Part shown: in pieces, positions 28,432 to 38,628 of the stretch
Layout of the letters: the number at the start of each line of letters is the position of its first letter
Position numbering within the stretch: the first letter of the stretch is position 1
Virus record (IMG/VR): IMGVR_UViG_3300040810_000410
Coordinates: 1-63,081 of that record
Length of the DNA: 63,081 nucleotides
From: a virus
Taxonomy: Duplodnaviria > Caudoviricetes
Direction: 5' to 3' (one strand)
Translations under genes and position numbers: made by a program
The notes under the pieces: generated by a model
Seen by the model: only the letters and a program-made list of their open reading frames with translations
Told to the model about the DNA's origin: nothing
Database searches by the model: none

Positions 28432-30242
28432 TGACTATAGTTCTACAGAACACATCTGATACGATAAACACTGTTACGTCCGAGGCTAACTCTTCGGACC
28501 CTAACGGTCAAAAAAGAGGTCAGATCGATAGGGTTCTTTGTACCGCTCATCCTACACAGAATACAACAGTAGGTATTGAGTTAGTACAGTTCAGTTTACC
28601 CTTCACGCGTAAAGAAGTCCTATCAATTAAAGATTTGAAAGCCTTTGCTTCTGATGGTACTACTGAGATAAAGATTAATGTAAAAGAAGGGTTACGTTGG
28701 TTTAACTGGGATGATTCTCCTACGGATTCCCTTCGTAGCGCTATAGTTACAGTAGAATTAACTTTTGCAGACACAACAACCCCTGTTACTTTTTATATTG
28801 CATGGGGTGAGGGCGAACCTACATTAACTTTACCTGATCAGCCTAATCAACTTAATTGGGTAGACTACAGGACTTCAGGTAAACAATATGTCAACTTACC
28901 TTTGATTCCTGATGTTAGAGAACCTCAGTACGACTTTGATGCTACAGGTTATGGTTACCCTACGGAGAATATCTTAGAGCCTCGTACTTGGGTTACATTA
29001 CCTTCGGAATATTTAAGGTACTCCGAGGTATTCACTCCTTATTCTGAGTATAGCACTCGTTTAGATTCTGAGTTAACCTTGTGTAAACAATTCTTAGACA
29101 AAGGTTTTGAGTCTATGTATAACTATAATGGTGCTCACATACGAGAAGGCTTTGCTGCTCCATTCATGATGGACACAAACTCATTTAGAGAACAGGACCA
29201 AACAACAGGTAAGGCTTCGGAGGGTTCTGGTTATGCTACTTGGTTATTTGATAGAGCTTCTGTGTTTGCACACAAGTACGTAATGTCTGGTAACATTAAT
29301 GACTTAATCATAGCTCATCGTAATATGTACTATTATGCAACTAAGTTAGTTAACGGTGTATACACACCTAAGTCTAATGCGTTAGGTCAGAATGATGAGA
29401 AGTATATTTATTCAAGACCTATAGTCACTGATAACTTACTAGTAGGTACTACGGAGCACATGTACAAGATAGCTCAATTAGATGCTCCTTGGGAAACATT
29501 TGATCATATCTATAGAGTGGTTGATACTAACGCCTCTCACCAATTTTGGACTGAGAGACACGCGGCTTACAAGATGGCTCACTACCTAGCTAAGTGGGAA
29601 TACACAGGTTCTCAGGAAGCTAAGCAGGATGTACTATCAGTATTTAATGAACTATACCGTATGCAACAAACACCTGATAACTCTTGGGTTAAGGATGGTT
29701 CCTTCCGTCATACTGTTGGTTCTCATGAGGGCTTTGGTGGTTACTCGCCTTGTGGTAGTCCTTGGATGTCTAACTTAGTACTTGGTGTTGTTGTCACTTA
29801 TTACGAACACTCTAAAGATACTAGAGCTTTAACTATGATGTACGATTTGTATCGTTACTTGATAGATAATGCTACTTATGAGGCTAGATCTTTAGTGGAA
29901 TATCAACCAGACGATACGTACCCTCGGTACTTATTTGGTGTCAACGGTTACACTAGTGAAGCTAACTCTGAGTCCGATGCACAGCATGCTTTTGATGTTC
30001 TTCATATTTGTGCTCGTGGTTTGTGGGCTGCAGAAATCTTAGGTCATGACACTAGTGCTGACTTGGCTACTATTAGAGCGTTAAAACATTCAGCTTACAA
30101 TGTGTTTTCCCAATATATTAGGGAAGGACAAGATACTTTAGATGCTGGATATACTACGTATCGTGTAGAGCCTATTAGGAAAGGTAATTGGTGGTGGGGA
30201 TCTCAGAACTTCGCTATCTTTAGATTACTGGAGGATTTATAA
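28431..30242 (+). CDS. Putative glycan-degrading enzyme (alpha/alpha-barrel lyase or hydrolase-like)
   Basis: 603 aa, Tyr/Trp/His-rich; WLFDRA, FWTERHAAY and HEG...SPWMS segments. Confidence 0.45.
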   Translation: MTIVLQNTSDTINTVTSEANSSDPNGQKRGQIDRVLCTAHPTQNTTVGIELVQFSLPFTRKEVLSIKDLKAFASDGTTEIKINVKEGLRWFNWDDSPTDSLRSAIVTVELTFADTTTPVTFYIAWGEGEPTLTLPDQPNQLNWVDYRTSGKQYVNLPLIPDVREPQYDFDATGYGYPTENILEPRTWVTLPSEYLRYSEVFTPYSEYSTRLDSELTLCKQFLDKGFESMYNYNGAHIREGFAAPFMMDTNSFREQDQTTGKASEGSGYATWLFDRASVFAHKYVMSGNINDLIIAHRNMYYYATKLVNGVYTPKSNALGQNDEKYIYSRPIVTDNLLVGTTEHMYKIAQLDAPWETFDHIYRVVDTNASHQFWTERHAAYKMAHYLAKWEYTGSQEAKQDVLSVFNELYRMQQTPDNSWVKDGSFRHTVGSHEGFGGYSPCGSPWMSNLVLGVVVTYYEHSKDTRALTMMYDLYRYLIDNATYEARSLVEYQPDDTYPRYLFGVNGYTSEANSESDAQHAFDVLHICARGLWAAEILGHDTSADLATIRALKHSAYNVFSQYIREGQDTLDAGYTTYRVEPIRKGNWWWGSQNFAIFRLLEDL

Positions 30243-30244
30243 TA

Positions 30245-32200
30245 ATGGTTTTTAATATTGACTTCACAGGGTTATCTGCGTTACCAGCAGGTTTCACCTG
30301 TACACAACCAGTTACTTTTGATGCTGATGGTGTTACGATTCCAGCAGGTGCTGAGTTGCGTTATACAGACCCTTCAGGTAATGCTTCGTTAGCTACAGAT
30401 ATTAGACTAACAGGTAAGCGTGCTGACGGTACTACTGACATGACATTGTATATTATAATGTTAAATAATACAGCTAAACACTTGAACATAGCTTACAAGG
30501 CAGCACGTTATGCTAAAATCACAGCTTACGAAGGTAACGGAGAGGGTTCAACAACCGCCAAGAGTATAATCAGTGGTACTTCTACCTTGAACTGGTCTGA
30601 TGGTGGAGCTTCAGGTGGACAAGAGGTTGACCTTAGAGCTGTGTTTGACGGTGATAATCTTAAAACATATGCTAATCTGTCTTCAATAGCACCTGTGTTA
30701 CATCATGACCATACTTTTGGTGCTGGGTTAGCTCCTGTAACTGCTAGTGATGAGATGAAGATCATTGTAGCTTCTACTGCTTTCAAAATTAAAACTCTAG
30801 AATCCTTTCAGTATGTTGAGAGTATTTCTCAGGATACTGTTAGTCTAGGTGATAGTGTTACATTGACAGGTAACTTCCCTGCGACACAAACGGCTTCTGA
30901 AGTTGTTACACTTGAAAGAGAAGGCGTTGTTGTTGATATTACTTCTTCAGTAACCTCTTGGAGTGCTAACGCTATTACTGTCACTATTAATCCTACTCAG
31001 TTTCCATATGGATCTTGTGATATTAAAGTGGTTGATGGTAGCGGTGGCTCAGGTAAAGCTAGCATGACTCTTAATCCTGTAGCAGGTAAAGGTTATATAG
31101 ACGTTGTAGATCCTATAGTAGACCAAGCAGGCATCCTTAGTTTATTCGATAGTTCTACTGGAACTGTTATAGATACTGGAAGTCAGGTAGAGTACGATAT
31201 TATTACAGATTTAGTCATTAGACCAGACGGTACTTACTCTTACACAGGTGCATTGAATTCCCTAGGTATTAACTATCGTGTTTTCTCTATGACCTCTGAT
31301 GACTGGAGTAACTCTGTAACTAAAACTGTAACTATAAATAGACTTACGTTAACCAACGTATCTAATGATTCTATAGTTGTAGGTACTAGTGACGCAACGT
31401 TAACTTTTGATACTAATGTAGGCTCAGGTAATATCTATTATGTATTATCTAAGTCTCCTGTGAGACCTACCAACGCACAGATGGAAGCTGGTGTAGATAG
31501 TGATGGTGTAGCTGGTGTACGTGCAGGTACTATAACAGTCTCTCAAACAACAGGTTTACAGGTAAATGTTACTAATTTACAACAGGGTTCTTACACACTT
31601 TACGCTTTACAAAAAGATGTAGCAGGAGCTTACTCAAGTATCCTTTGGGAAACTTTTTATGTAACTGGTATTCCTGTGGTACCTGTGATTAGTGCTCAAC
31701 CTACAAGCGGTACTATTCAGGAAAGTAGATCAACTAGTGTACATACGTTCTTAGTAGCTGCTACTCCGTTAACTTCTATACAGTGGCAACGGAAGAATAG
31801 TGGAGGTAGCTGGGAAGATATCATTGGTGAGAATACTACATCCCTGTATGTCACTGGTACGGATACAGGTAACACACTAGCGAATTCTCCTGTAACAATA
31901 CGTGCTTTATTAGAAGGTGAGGGTTTAGCTACTACGTATACTAATGAAGTCACTTTAACTATTAATGAAGCGCCTTTCATGGAAATCAATGTACCTAATC
32001 TAAGAGATGGTGTTGTAAGAGTTGTACTTCTTGATACAAATGGTAGAACCAAATTCGTTGATGAAGATATTACTGTGACGAATGGTATTGCTAAAGTCTA
32101 TGTTAACTTAGGCAGTGGTCAAGGGTACATTGGACAACTTTATTACACAGATGGACAAGGGCGTAAGGTAGGTACTGGACTAGAGGGGGTAACTCAGTAA
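30245..32200 (+). CDS. Multi-Ig-like-domain virion protein
   Basis: VTSWSANAITVTI (IPT/TIG-like); PVISAQP...IQWQRK...WEDIIGENTTSL (Ig-like). Confidence 0.65.
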   Translation: MVFNIDFTGLSALPAGFTCTQPVTFDADGVTIPAGAELRYTDPSGNASLATDIRLTGKRADGTTDMTLYIIMLNNTAKHLNIAYKAARYAKITAYEGNGEGSTTAKSIISGTSTLNWSDGGASGGQEVDLRAVFDGDNLKTYANLSSIAPVLHHDHTFGAGLAPVTASDEMKIIVASTAFKIKTLESFQYVESISQDTVSLGDSVTLTGNFPATQTASEVVTLEREGVVVDITSSVTSWSANAITVTINPTQFPYGSCDIKVVDGSGGSGKASMTLNPVAGKGYIDVVDPIVDQAGILSLFDSSTGTVIDTGSQVEYDIITDLVIRPDGTYSYTGALNSLGINYRVFSMTSDDWSNSVTKTVTINRLTLTNVSNDSIVVGTSDATLTFDTNVGSGNIYYVLSKSPVRPTNAQMEAGVDSDGVAGVRAGTITVSQTTGLQVNVTNLQQGSYTLYALQKDVAGAYSSILWETFYVTGIPVVPVISAQPTSGTIQESRSTSVHTFLVAATPLTSIQWQRKNSGGSWEDIIGENTTSLYVTGTDTGNTLANSPVTIRALLEGEGLATTYTNEVTLTINEAPFMEINVPNLRDGVVRVVLLDTNGRTKFVDEDITVTNGIAKVYVNLGSGQGYIGQLYYTDGQGRKVGTGLEGVTQ

Positions 32201-32637
32201 TGCTTAATACATTGTTAGAATTCCTAGGTCGTCCTTTGACGGCTTGGGTTGAAGGAAGAGAGTCACGTAAGTACATGAAGGAAGAAGGGAAGCTGGAGAT
32301 CACGAAAGCGGAAGTAGAACTTAAGGTAGCAAGGCACCGAGCTGAAGCCAAGAGATTACTAATGAATGATGCAGTAGATGCAGACTATGATAAGCAAGCT
32401 CAACTAGAGAAGCGATATACGTTAGCTGATGAACTGTTAACAATCTGTGTAATACTATTAGTAGCTGCTCACTTTATCTTCCCTGCGTCACTTGCGGCTG
32501 GTTGGGCTGCTATGGGGTACACTAGTGCCCCTTGGTGGTTAGAGTTTATAATCGTTGGTATATTCGTTAGTGTCTTTGGCCTCATGCGTTTATTCCGTGC
32601 GATGAATCCATTTAGTAAGAAAGGAGATAAGCAATGA
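32200..32637 (+). CDS. Putative holin
   Basis: DELLTI...PWWLEFIIVGIFVSVFGLMR; two TM helices and a basic C-terminus. Confidence 0.6.
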   Translation: MLNTLLEFLGRPLTAWVEGRESRKYMKEEGKLEITKAEVELKVARHRAEAKRLLMNDAVDADYDKQAQLEKRYTLADELLTICVILLVAAHFIFPASLAAGWAAMGYTSAPWWLEFIIVGIFVSVFGLMRLFRAMNPFSKKGDKQ

Positions 32638-33992
32638 CAGTAAAGATATACCCAGCGGAAGGCTTTGGGGCACACTTTAGGAGTGTGGTAGCCCTGAGAG
32701 ACGACGTTGATGACATACGTAACATAGCAGAAACCGCTTCAGGTGGAGGCATCGCAGAGGCTCCTAGTGACGGGAACACGTACGCTAGAAAGAATGGTGA
32801 CTGGGAAAGTTTTGAAGCAGGTGCTGGGTTACCTTCAGGTTGGTCGTACACTAAGTACAACGTAGACTCACTTGACCTAGAGTATAATAATGAACTCGTA
32901 GCACGTTTTAATAGAGAGGAGACTTGGTTTCCTACGTCTATACGTACAGGAGTTGGTTCTCTACACTTGGGTTCTCTGCACTCTATGGGTTCTGCAGGTG
33001 AAAACGTTACGTGGGTTAATGAAGACTCATCGATTTGTTGGTTCCCTTCGTGGTCAGGTTTGCCCAAGAATGGAGGTCCTCAGATCCCAATGACTTCAAG
33101 AGTTCACGCTGAGGACTTACTAACAGTTGAACCTGTAGGTGCTTTAGGTTCTGCTGATGTACCCTTCGAGAACTCAACGTTTACTTCAGTAAGTGATGCC
33201 GCCTTCTTTAAATTAACCGTTAGGGCAGGTGAGGATTATAGTGGTTTCTTAACCATGTCCGTTATTAAAAGTACAGGTAAAGAGGTAGCATCTTTTAGTA
33301 CCCTAGTAGACGCTAGCGAAGGAGATGACATTACCCTTGAATTCTCTTACCCACTGTGGATGCTACAAGGTCAGGTTTTTAATACCACTGTAACGAAGGG
33401 AGACGGTACTCCTTTCATTGTGAAAGCTGAAGTATCTGGAGTTAATCCTTGGAGAAGAGCTTTCTATAAAACATTTGTTGATCATGAAGTTCTACACAGA
33501 GGCAACCCTAGTCAATTATCAGCGACTATTAACGGGCTCACGGGAGACGAGCGTATTCCTTGGGGTGCACTAAAAGATGTACCTGAGGCTTCTGCGAGTA
33601 CCGCTGGGGTTATTAAGGTAGGCTCTACGTTAACTGTAGACGAGGAAGGTAAACTACAAAGTAATGTGTCAGGGGCTATTAAGGTAGCTGTTGCCGATGA
33701 GACTGCTATGCTGGCATTGCCTCCTAAAACTAATGAAATGTATATTGTAACTAGAACAGACGAGAACAGATTGTACTACTTGAGTGCTAACAAGAACCCT
33801 AGTACGCTCAGTGAATGGGAAGCAGGTGCTCTCACGACTGATACGGTTGTTAGTTTCAATGGTAGAGACGGGGCTATCGTTGCGAAAGAAGGTGACTATA
33901 CGCTGGAACAGTGCCCTACTGTGGATTTAACTAGTGGCACTAATTATCGTTTAGTTATAGATGATGGTGTGCTATATATGGAGGAGGTATAA
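32634..33992 (+). CDS. Tail-fibre-like protein
   Basis: EAPSDGNTYARKNGDW, ASTAGVIKVGSTLTV and VVSFNGRDGAIV fibre motifs. Confidence 0.65.
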   Translation: MTVKIYPAEGFGAHFRSVVALRDDVDDIRNIAETASGGGIAEAPSDGNTYARKNGDWESFEAGAGLPSGWSYTKYNVDSLDLEYNNELVARFNREETWFPTSIRTGVGSLHLGSLHSMGSAGENVTWVNEDSSICWFPSWSGLPKNGGPQIPMTSRVHAEDLLTVEPVGALGSADVPFENSTFTSVSDAAFFKLTVRAGEDYSGFLTMSVIKSTGKEVASFSTLVDASEGDDITLEFSYPLWMLQGQVFNTTVTKGDGTPFIVKAEVSGVNPWRRAFYKTFVDHEVLHRGNPSQLSATINGLTGDERIPWGALKDVPEASASTAGVIKVGSTLTVDEEGKLQSNVSGAIKVAVADETAMLALPPKTNEMYIVTRTDENRLYYLSANKNPSTLSEWEAGALTTDTVVSFNGRDGAIVAKEGDYTLEQCPTVDLTSGTNYRLVIDDGVLYMEEV

Positions 33993-34984
33993 TGGCTAGA
34001 ATAAGAGTAGCTACAATACAAGACGTAGAAACAATTAATACTACGGTGAATGATTTGGATAACCAAGTTAACGCGACAGATACTGGACTCTCTTCTAAAG
34101 TTAATGCGTTGGATAACCAAGTAAATGAAGAGAACTCGGGGCTGGTAGCTCGTGTTACTGAACTAGAGCAAGGAGGTGTGGGTATTACTAAGATACGTAC
34201 GCATTCACCTAGTGGTATCTACGAGAGCGGTGAGGTGGTAACTAGGCAGGGTGTTCTGTATAGAGCTAATGCAGCTATGGATGGAACGAGTGTTTCTATT
34301 GCGTTTACTGTCGGTACCTCAGGCCAGACGTGGACACCGTTAGATGGTAAAGATTATAGATCCCCTTTATACTTTTCTTCAGCAGCAGCTAGTCATTTAG
34401 CTACTCAGTTAATATCAAACGGTGGGGGCTTTGTTATAAATCAACAAGATTCCAGAGATGACGGTCAGACTATGGCCTTAGGTTTTGATGCGGATGCTAA
34501 GAGGTTAAAACTAGGCATTCAAGGAATTGCCGAGCAAGCTGCATTAACTAGCGTTGATGTAATGACATATGGTGACACACAAGAGGTGTATAAAGCTAAA
34601 GATGAATACCCACTTGATGAAGTGTTTTGTCTAGGTGTTATCCGTGTTAACGAGGATAACTCTGTAGAAACTTTTGGCTTCAAGTATGCAACCCCGACTA
34701 TAGCTAATGAGCAGTCAGTAACCTCTGCTAGTAACATGGATTACCTCAAGTTTGACATTAGTAACTACATGCCTAGTGGTATGACTATTGAGGCTATATG
34801 GACAGAAATAGCACAGACGGAGAGGGATAACCTGGCTTCTATTAACAGCTTTACCACTACTGACGGAGCATCAACTGAGATACGCGTGTATTCTGTGGAT
34901 AATAGCGATTGGTCAGGAGATAACGTAATGGGTTATGATGCTCAAGACATGTACATTAAAGTTATGTGTGTAGCGAGTGCGTAA
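33992..34984 (+). CDS. Tail-fibre-like protein with coiled coil and CBM-like module
   Basis: Duplicated VNxLDNQVN coil; YESGEVVTRQGVLYRA...W module. Confidence 0.55.
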   Translation: MARIRVATIQDVETINTTVNDLDNQVNATDTGLSSKVNALDNQVNEENSGLVARVTELEQGGVGITKIRTHSPSGIYESGEVVTRQGVLYRANAAMDGTSVSIAFTVGTSGQTWTPLDGKDYRSPLYFSSAAASHLATQLISNGGGFVINQQDSRDDGQTMALGFDADAKRLKLGIQGIAEQAALTSVDVMTYGDTQEVYKAKDEYPLDEVFCLGVIRVNEDNSVETFGFKYATPTIANEQSVTSASNMDYLKFDISNYMPSGMTIEAIWTEIAQTERDNLASINSFTTTDGASTEIRVYSVDNSDWSGDNVMGYDAQDMYIKVMCVASA

Positions 34985-34986
34985 TT

Positions 34987-35030
34987 AAGAAAGCCCCTTG
35001 GTATACATATGTACCTTGGGGCTTTCTTTG
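34987..35030. terminator. Bidirectional terminator where the two arms converge
   Basis: AAGAAAGCCCC...GGGGCTTTCTT hairpin with A/T-rich flanks. Confidence 0.8.
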
Positions 35031-35033
35031 TTT

Positions 35034-35345
35034 CTACTTCTTGGTAGCAGAGGATTTAGGCTTCTTAGGTGCCTTAGATTTAACCTCTGTTTCCTTAGGT
35101 TTAACCTCTGTTTCCTTAGGTTTAACCTCTGTTTCCTTAGGTTTAACCTCTGTTTCCTTAGGTTTAACCTCTGTTTCCTTAGGTTTACTTGGGGCTTTCC
35201 TAGGTTTCTTAGGAGCTTCCTTAATAGTTAATACTAAAAAGTAATGTCCATTAGAAATACTAAGGGAACCTACTTGTTCAATATCTAGTTTATTTGCTTC
35301 TGATTCTAAAGAAGCTACGTTTTTAGCTGAAAGGATCTTTAACAT
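35034..35345 (-). CDS. Small protein with a Lys/Pro-rich repetitive tail (probable start 35345)
   Basis: GGAGA RBS; 5x KPKETEV; own promoter upstream. Confidence 0.7.
   Translation of the reverse strand: MLKILSAKNVASLESEANKLDIEQVGSLSISNGHYFLVLTIKEAPKKPRKAPSKPKETEVKPKETEVKPKETEVKPKETEVKPKETEVKSKAPKKPKSSATKK
35079..35183. repeat. Perfect 21-bp tandem repeat, 5 copies
   Basis: TTTAACCTCTGTTTCCTTAGG x5. Confidence 0.95.
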
Positions 35346-35371
35346 TTTATCTCCTGTTAACATGTGTGTTT

Positions 35372-35401
35372 AGGGTAGCATATTTTACATACTAAAGTCA
35401 A
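35372..35401 (-). promoter_or_regulatory. sigma70-type promoter
   Basis: TTGACT-18-TACCCT with extended -10 TG. Confidence 0.55.
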
Positions 35402-35403
35402 TA

Positions 35404-35889
35404 CTAAATAGCATAATTTCTATAGTCTGCTAGATATTTTTCCTTAGTAGCCTTACCAAGGTGTGTATTGTAGTGTTCTTTAGCATACTCTGCTAGTCCT
35501 TCGATATCCACAGGTAACCCTTCAGGTACTCTGTAGTAATGTAAGCGAGCCATGATGATCTGTAACTTAAGGTTCCAAGCTAATTCATCTGCTGCTTCTG
35601 ATGTAGCACTTCCCATTGGAGCCATAGCAATTACTGCTTTATCCAGTAAGGGTCTATAGTCTAGGAAGTTCTCAGAGATATCGTTGTAAGTCTCAGGTTC
35701 CATCTGGAAGATACCTAAGGCTGGGCCATTGATCTGCCTGATGTATGTCCCTAGTTTACTCTCGTGGGCTGCTGTCATCATAAGTAACTCTACTGCTTCA
35801 TCACTATAAGGTACTGTGCCCTCAGTTAACTGATCGAAATGCTGTAGTGTTTCTACGATTAACTCACGTAACTGATGTTTATCTATCAT
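35404..35889 (-). CDS. Lysozyme-like / transglycosylase protein, candidate endolysin (probable start 35889)
   Basis: TAAHES...GPALGIFQMEP catalytic-Glu pattern; GGAGA RBS before MIDKHQ. Confidence 0.7.
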   Translation of the reverse strand: MIDKHQLRELIVETLQHFDQLTEGTVPYSDEAVELLMMTAAHESKLGTYIRQINGPALGIFQMEPETYNDISENFLDYRPLLDKAVIAMAPMGSATSEAADELAWNLKLQIIMARLHYYRVPEGLPVDIEGLAEYAKEHYNTHLGKATKEKYLADYRNYAI

Positions 35890-35938
35890 GAATATTTCTC
35901 CTAAGGCTGGTGGGGAATACAAGAGGATAGCCAAAAGG

Positions 35939-37630
35939 CTACCCCTCACAAACTGTACACTCCCCTTTCGAAGCAGCGACACCAGCTTTAGAACGCATGT
36001 AGTATAACGCTTTAATACGTTCATCTTTAAATGCCTCCTTATGGACTGCTGAGATAACTTCCTCAGATTCATCTGCGTCGAAGAATAAGTTTAACGACTG
36101 CCATTGATCTATGTGTTGTCCTCGTTGACCTGCGAGTCTGATAAGTACTCTTTGATCAATTTCATAAGCTGTAAGGAACACACGTTTCTCGTGCTCAGTA
36201 AGCCAATCAAGGTGTTGTACTGATCCATTGTTATCGATGATGCTCTTGACGAGTTCGTCTGTCCACCCAACTCTTTCCTTAGCCAATGCAAGGAACACAG
36301 GATTGACACGATAGATTTCCCCTGCTGCCGATGGTTGGTTCCATACATTCGCAACGACTGGTTCGATCCCTTGAGATACTCCTCCACAAAGCAACGCTGA
36401 ACTTGTGTTAGGTGCAATCGCGAGTAAGTGAGTATTGCGTCTTCCAAGTCCTCTACAGTACTCAGGTTCTCCAAGTGTTTCCGCGAGATACTTTGTTGCA
36501 CGTTCAGCCTCCTTTCTTATGTAAGCGAAGATTTCTTCGTTGAGCAATGCTGCATCAAGCGAGTCCATAGGGATCGACTTTGACTGGAGTAACGTGTGGA
36601 ACCCAAGCGTTCCCAGCCCCAAAGGCCTCCCACGTTCTGTTCCTCGTACTGCTTTTTCAAGCCCTGGGATATCTCTCGCCAATCTAATGAACTCTGAGGC
36701 GATGCAATCAAGTAAGACGATTGAGTTGAATACTGTGTCTGTGTCTCTCCACTCGTCCCACCTAGACAGATTGAGTGACGAGAGTACACAGGTGTAGGTC
36801 TCATGTTCGTCACTATGGAGCATGATCTCGGTACAGAGGTTGCTAGCTTTACAGGATAGTCCATGTATTTTGTAAGATTGAGGATTAGCTCTGTTAATCT
36901 TATCAACGAAGTAGAAGTATCCCTTTCCAGTGATCGCTTTGACTTTAAGTGCTCGTTGGTATCGTTCAATTGCGTCAAGATCCCCACGGTCAAGACGATC
37001 AACGAAGGAATCCGTGATAATCCATCCGACGTTAAGGTCGTCCCCCTCGTGCAGTAGCTTATCCGCAAGTTCAAAAAAGTCTCCATGAGTGATTTCCACA
37101 TAACCTGCCCAAGCACCTCTGCGACTGGTTCCTTGTGCAACATCTCGCATATCTTGGACGAATCCCTCAAAAACTGGGACAACACCAGACGCAGTTCCTC
37201 CTGCTGAGATAGGCTCACCTCGGTGTCTAATGTCTCCCATGTAAGCTGAAGTTCCGAAGCCGTTCTTAGTAAGCAGAGCAGTTTCTCTTCGATTTGTATA
37301 GAACTCATCAATTGAATCTCCTACGTATTGACCAGAGCATGACACTGGTAAACCTTTGTTAGTCCCTGTGTTTGAAACCATAGGGGTTGAACCTGCTAAG
37401 TCACCCGACCACAGTAAGTTAAAGAATACTGTCTCCCAGTGTTCACTATCAGGCATGTGCTTTGAGAGAACCTTAGCGATCCTCTCGAATGTATCTCGTA
37501 TACCTGTGGCTTCATGCAAGTACTTAGCTTTGAATAGCTGCCACGAGGGCGTAGTGAACCACGAGGGGATTGCTCCTAGTGCTTGTAGTTCCTTACGCTC
37601 TTTACTTAATTTCTGATAAATTGTTTCCAT
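35939..37630 (-). CDS. nrdA: Class I ribonucleotide reductase alpha subunit (short, no ATP-cone)
   Basis: PVSC, SNLCTEI, AIAPNTSS, QGIEP, LYY and C-terminal CxxC; RBS supports the METIY start. Confidence 0.95.
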   Translation of the reverse strand: METIYQKLSKERKELQALGAIPSWFTTPSWQLFKAKYLHEATGIRDTFERIAKVLSKHMPDSEHWETVFFNLLWSGDLAGSTPMVSNTGTNKGLPVSCSGQYVGDSIDEFYTNRRETALLTKNGFGTSAYMGDIRHRGEPISAGGTASGVVPVFEGFVQDMRDVAQGTSRRGAWAGYVEITHGDFFELADKLLHEGDDLNVGWIITDSFVDRLDRGDLDAIERYQRALKVKAITGKGYFYFVDKINRANPQSYKIHGLSCKASNLCTEIMLHSDEHETYTCVLSSLNLSRWDEWRDTDTVFNSIVLLDCIASEFIRLARDIPGLEKAVRGTERGRPLGLGTLGFHTLLQSKSIPMDSLDAALLNEEIFAYIRKEAERATKYLAETLGEPEYCRGLGRRNTHLLAIAPNTSSALLCGGVSQGIEPVVANVWNQPSAAGEIYRVNPVFLALAKERVGWTDELVKSIIDNNGSVQHLDWLTEHEKRVFLTAYEIDQRVLIRLAGQRGQHIDQWQSLNLFFDADESEEVISAVHKEAFKDERIKALYYMRSKAGVAASKGECTVCEG

Positions 37631-37638
37631 CGGTTCTC

Positions 37639-38628
37639 CTACCAAATAAATTTCTTCTCATTCCAATCACGGTTATACTCGTTGCCAACACCAACAAAGA
37701 AGTCATGCAACTGTACTGCGTTGATACCATCGTAAAACCAATCTTTAATCGGGTTGTTGCTTTCGTCAAACCTAGGTAAATCTAAGCCTACCTTACCTAC
37801 TTCTAATTGATCTAAGCACAGGTTGATACGATGGTTTACGAAAGCCTTAAGAGACGCTACAGTGATACCTTCAACGTCATCATTAGGTAACATACGCTCA
37901 ATGATAGCATGTTCGTGTGCTTGTATAGTGTTCACTGCATCAAGGATAGCCTTGCGTTGTTCTAAGGTATAACGTCCTTGCTGGTTCGCTAGTACACGTG
38001 TCTTCGTTAGCAATGCTCCTGCTTCGCTATGTAAGTTCTCATCTCGTACACTAAACTTTACACCAGCACATACGTTCTTCAACAGGTTCTTGCCTGCTGA
38101 TTGGAAGTGCAGAAGGAAAGCAAAGCTTGAATACAGGATAGCACCCTCCACGATAGAGAATACCGCATGAGATACCACAGGGTCAGGGTGATCAATCATC
38201 TGCCCTATGAACTTCATTCGTGCACTCAGGACTGTATCTTGCTTGTATTCATTATAGAAATCCTCGGTATCTAAGTTTAACGCAGCATTCAGGTTATTGT
38301 AGAACGGAGCATGTACTGCGTCCTCAATGAAAGCAAAGGTCATAGCCATGCGTTCAATACAAGCGGGAGCCTGATACTCGTCAATCACTCGACGTCCCCA
38401 GTAACTAGTGGAAGCTAACTTCTCATACAAGGTGAATAGCTTCAGTAAGTAAGTCACAGCAAAGCTAGCGGGTGCTGGCATGTTCACTCGGATATCTTGG
38501 ATGTCCTTAGACACATCGATTTCCTTAGGAGTCCATGCGATATCTTGTTGCTTCTCTGCTGCCTCAAGTGCCCAAGGGTACAGCACTACGTACCCTTCGG
38601 TTTTCTTCATTCCATCAATCTTTTGCAT
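37639..38628 (-). CDS. nrdB: Ribonucleotide reductase beta subunit
   Basis: WTPKEI, EDAVHAPFY, EGAILYSSF, RDENLH. Confidence 0.93.
   Translation of the reverse strand: MQKIDGMKKTEGYVVLYPWALEAAEKQQDIAWTPKEIDVSKDIQDIRVNMPAPASFAVTYLLKLFTLYEKLASTSYWGRRVIDEYQAPACIERMAMTFAFIEDAVHAPFYNNLNAALNLDTEDFYNEYKQDTVLSARMKFIGQMIDHPDPVVSHAVFSIVEGAILYSSFAFLLHFQSAGKNLLKNVCAGVKFSVRDENLHSEAGALLTKTRVLANQQGRYTLEQRKAILDAVNTIQAHEHAIIERMLPNDDVEGITVASLKAFVNHRINLCLDQLEVGKVGLDLPRFDESNNPIKDWFYDGINAVQLHDFFVGVGNEYNRDWNEKKFIW

Noticed and set aside
35079-35183. CRISPR-like array
   Set aside because: Head-to-tail identical 21-mers with no spacers, in frame inside a CDS.
36109-37311. Long alternative-frame ORFs (130 and 264 aa) inside nrdA
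   Set aside because: Same-strand shadow frames of a well-conserved gene, with no RBS and no recognisable motifs.
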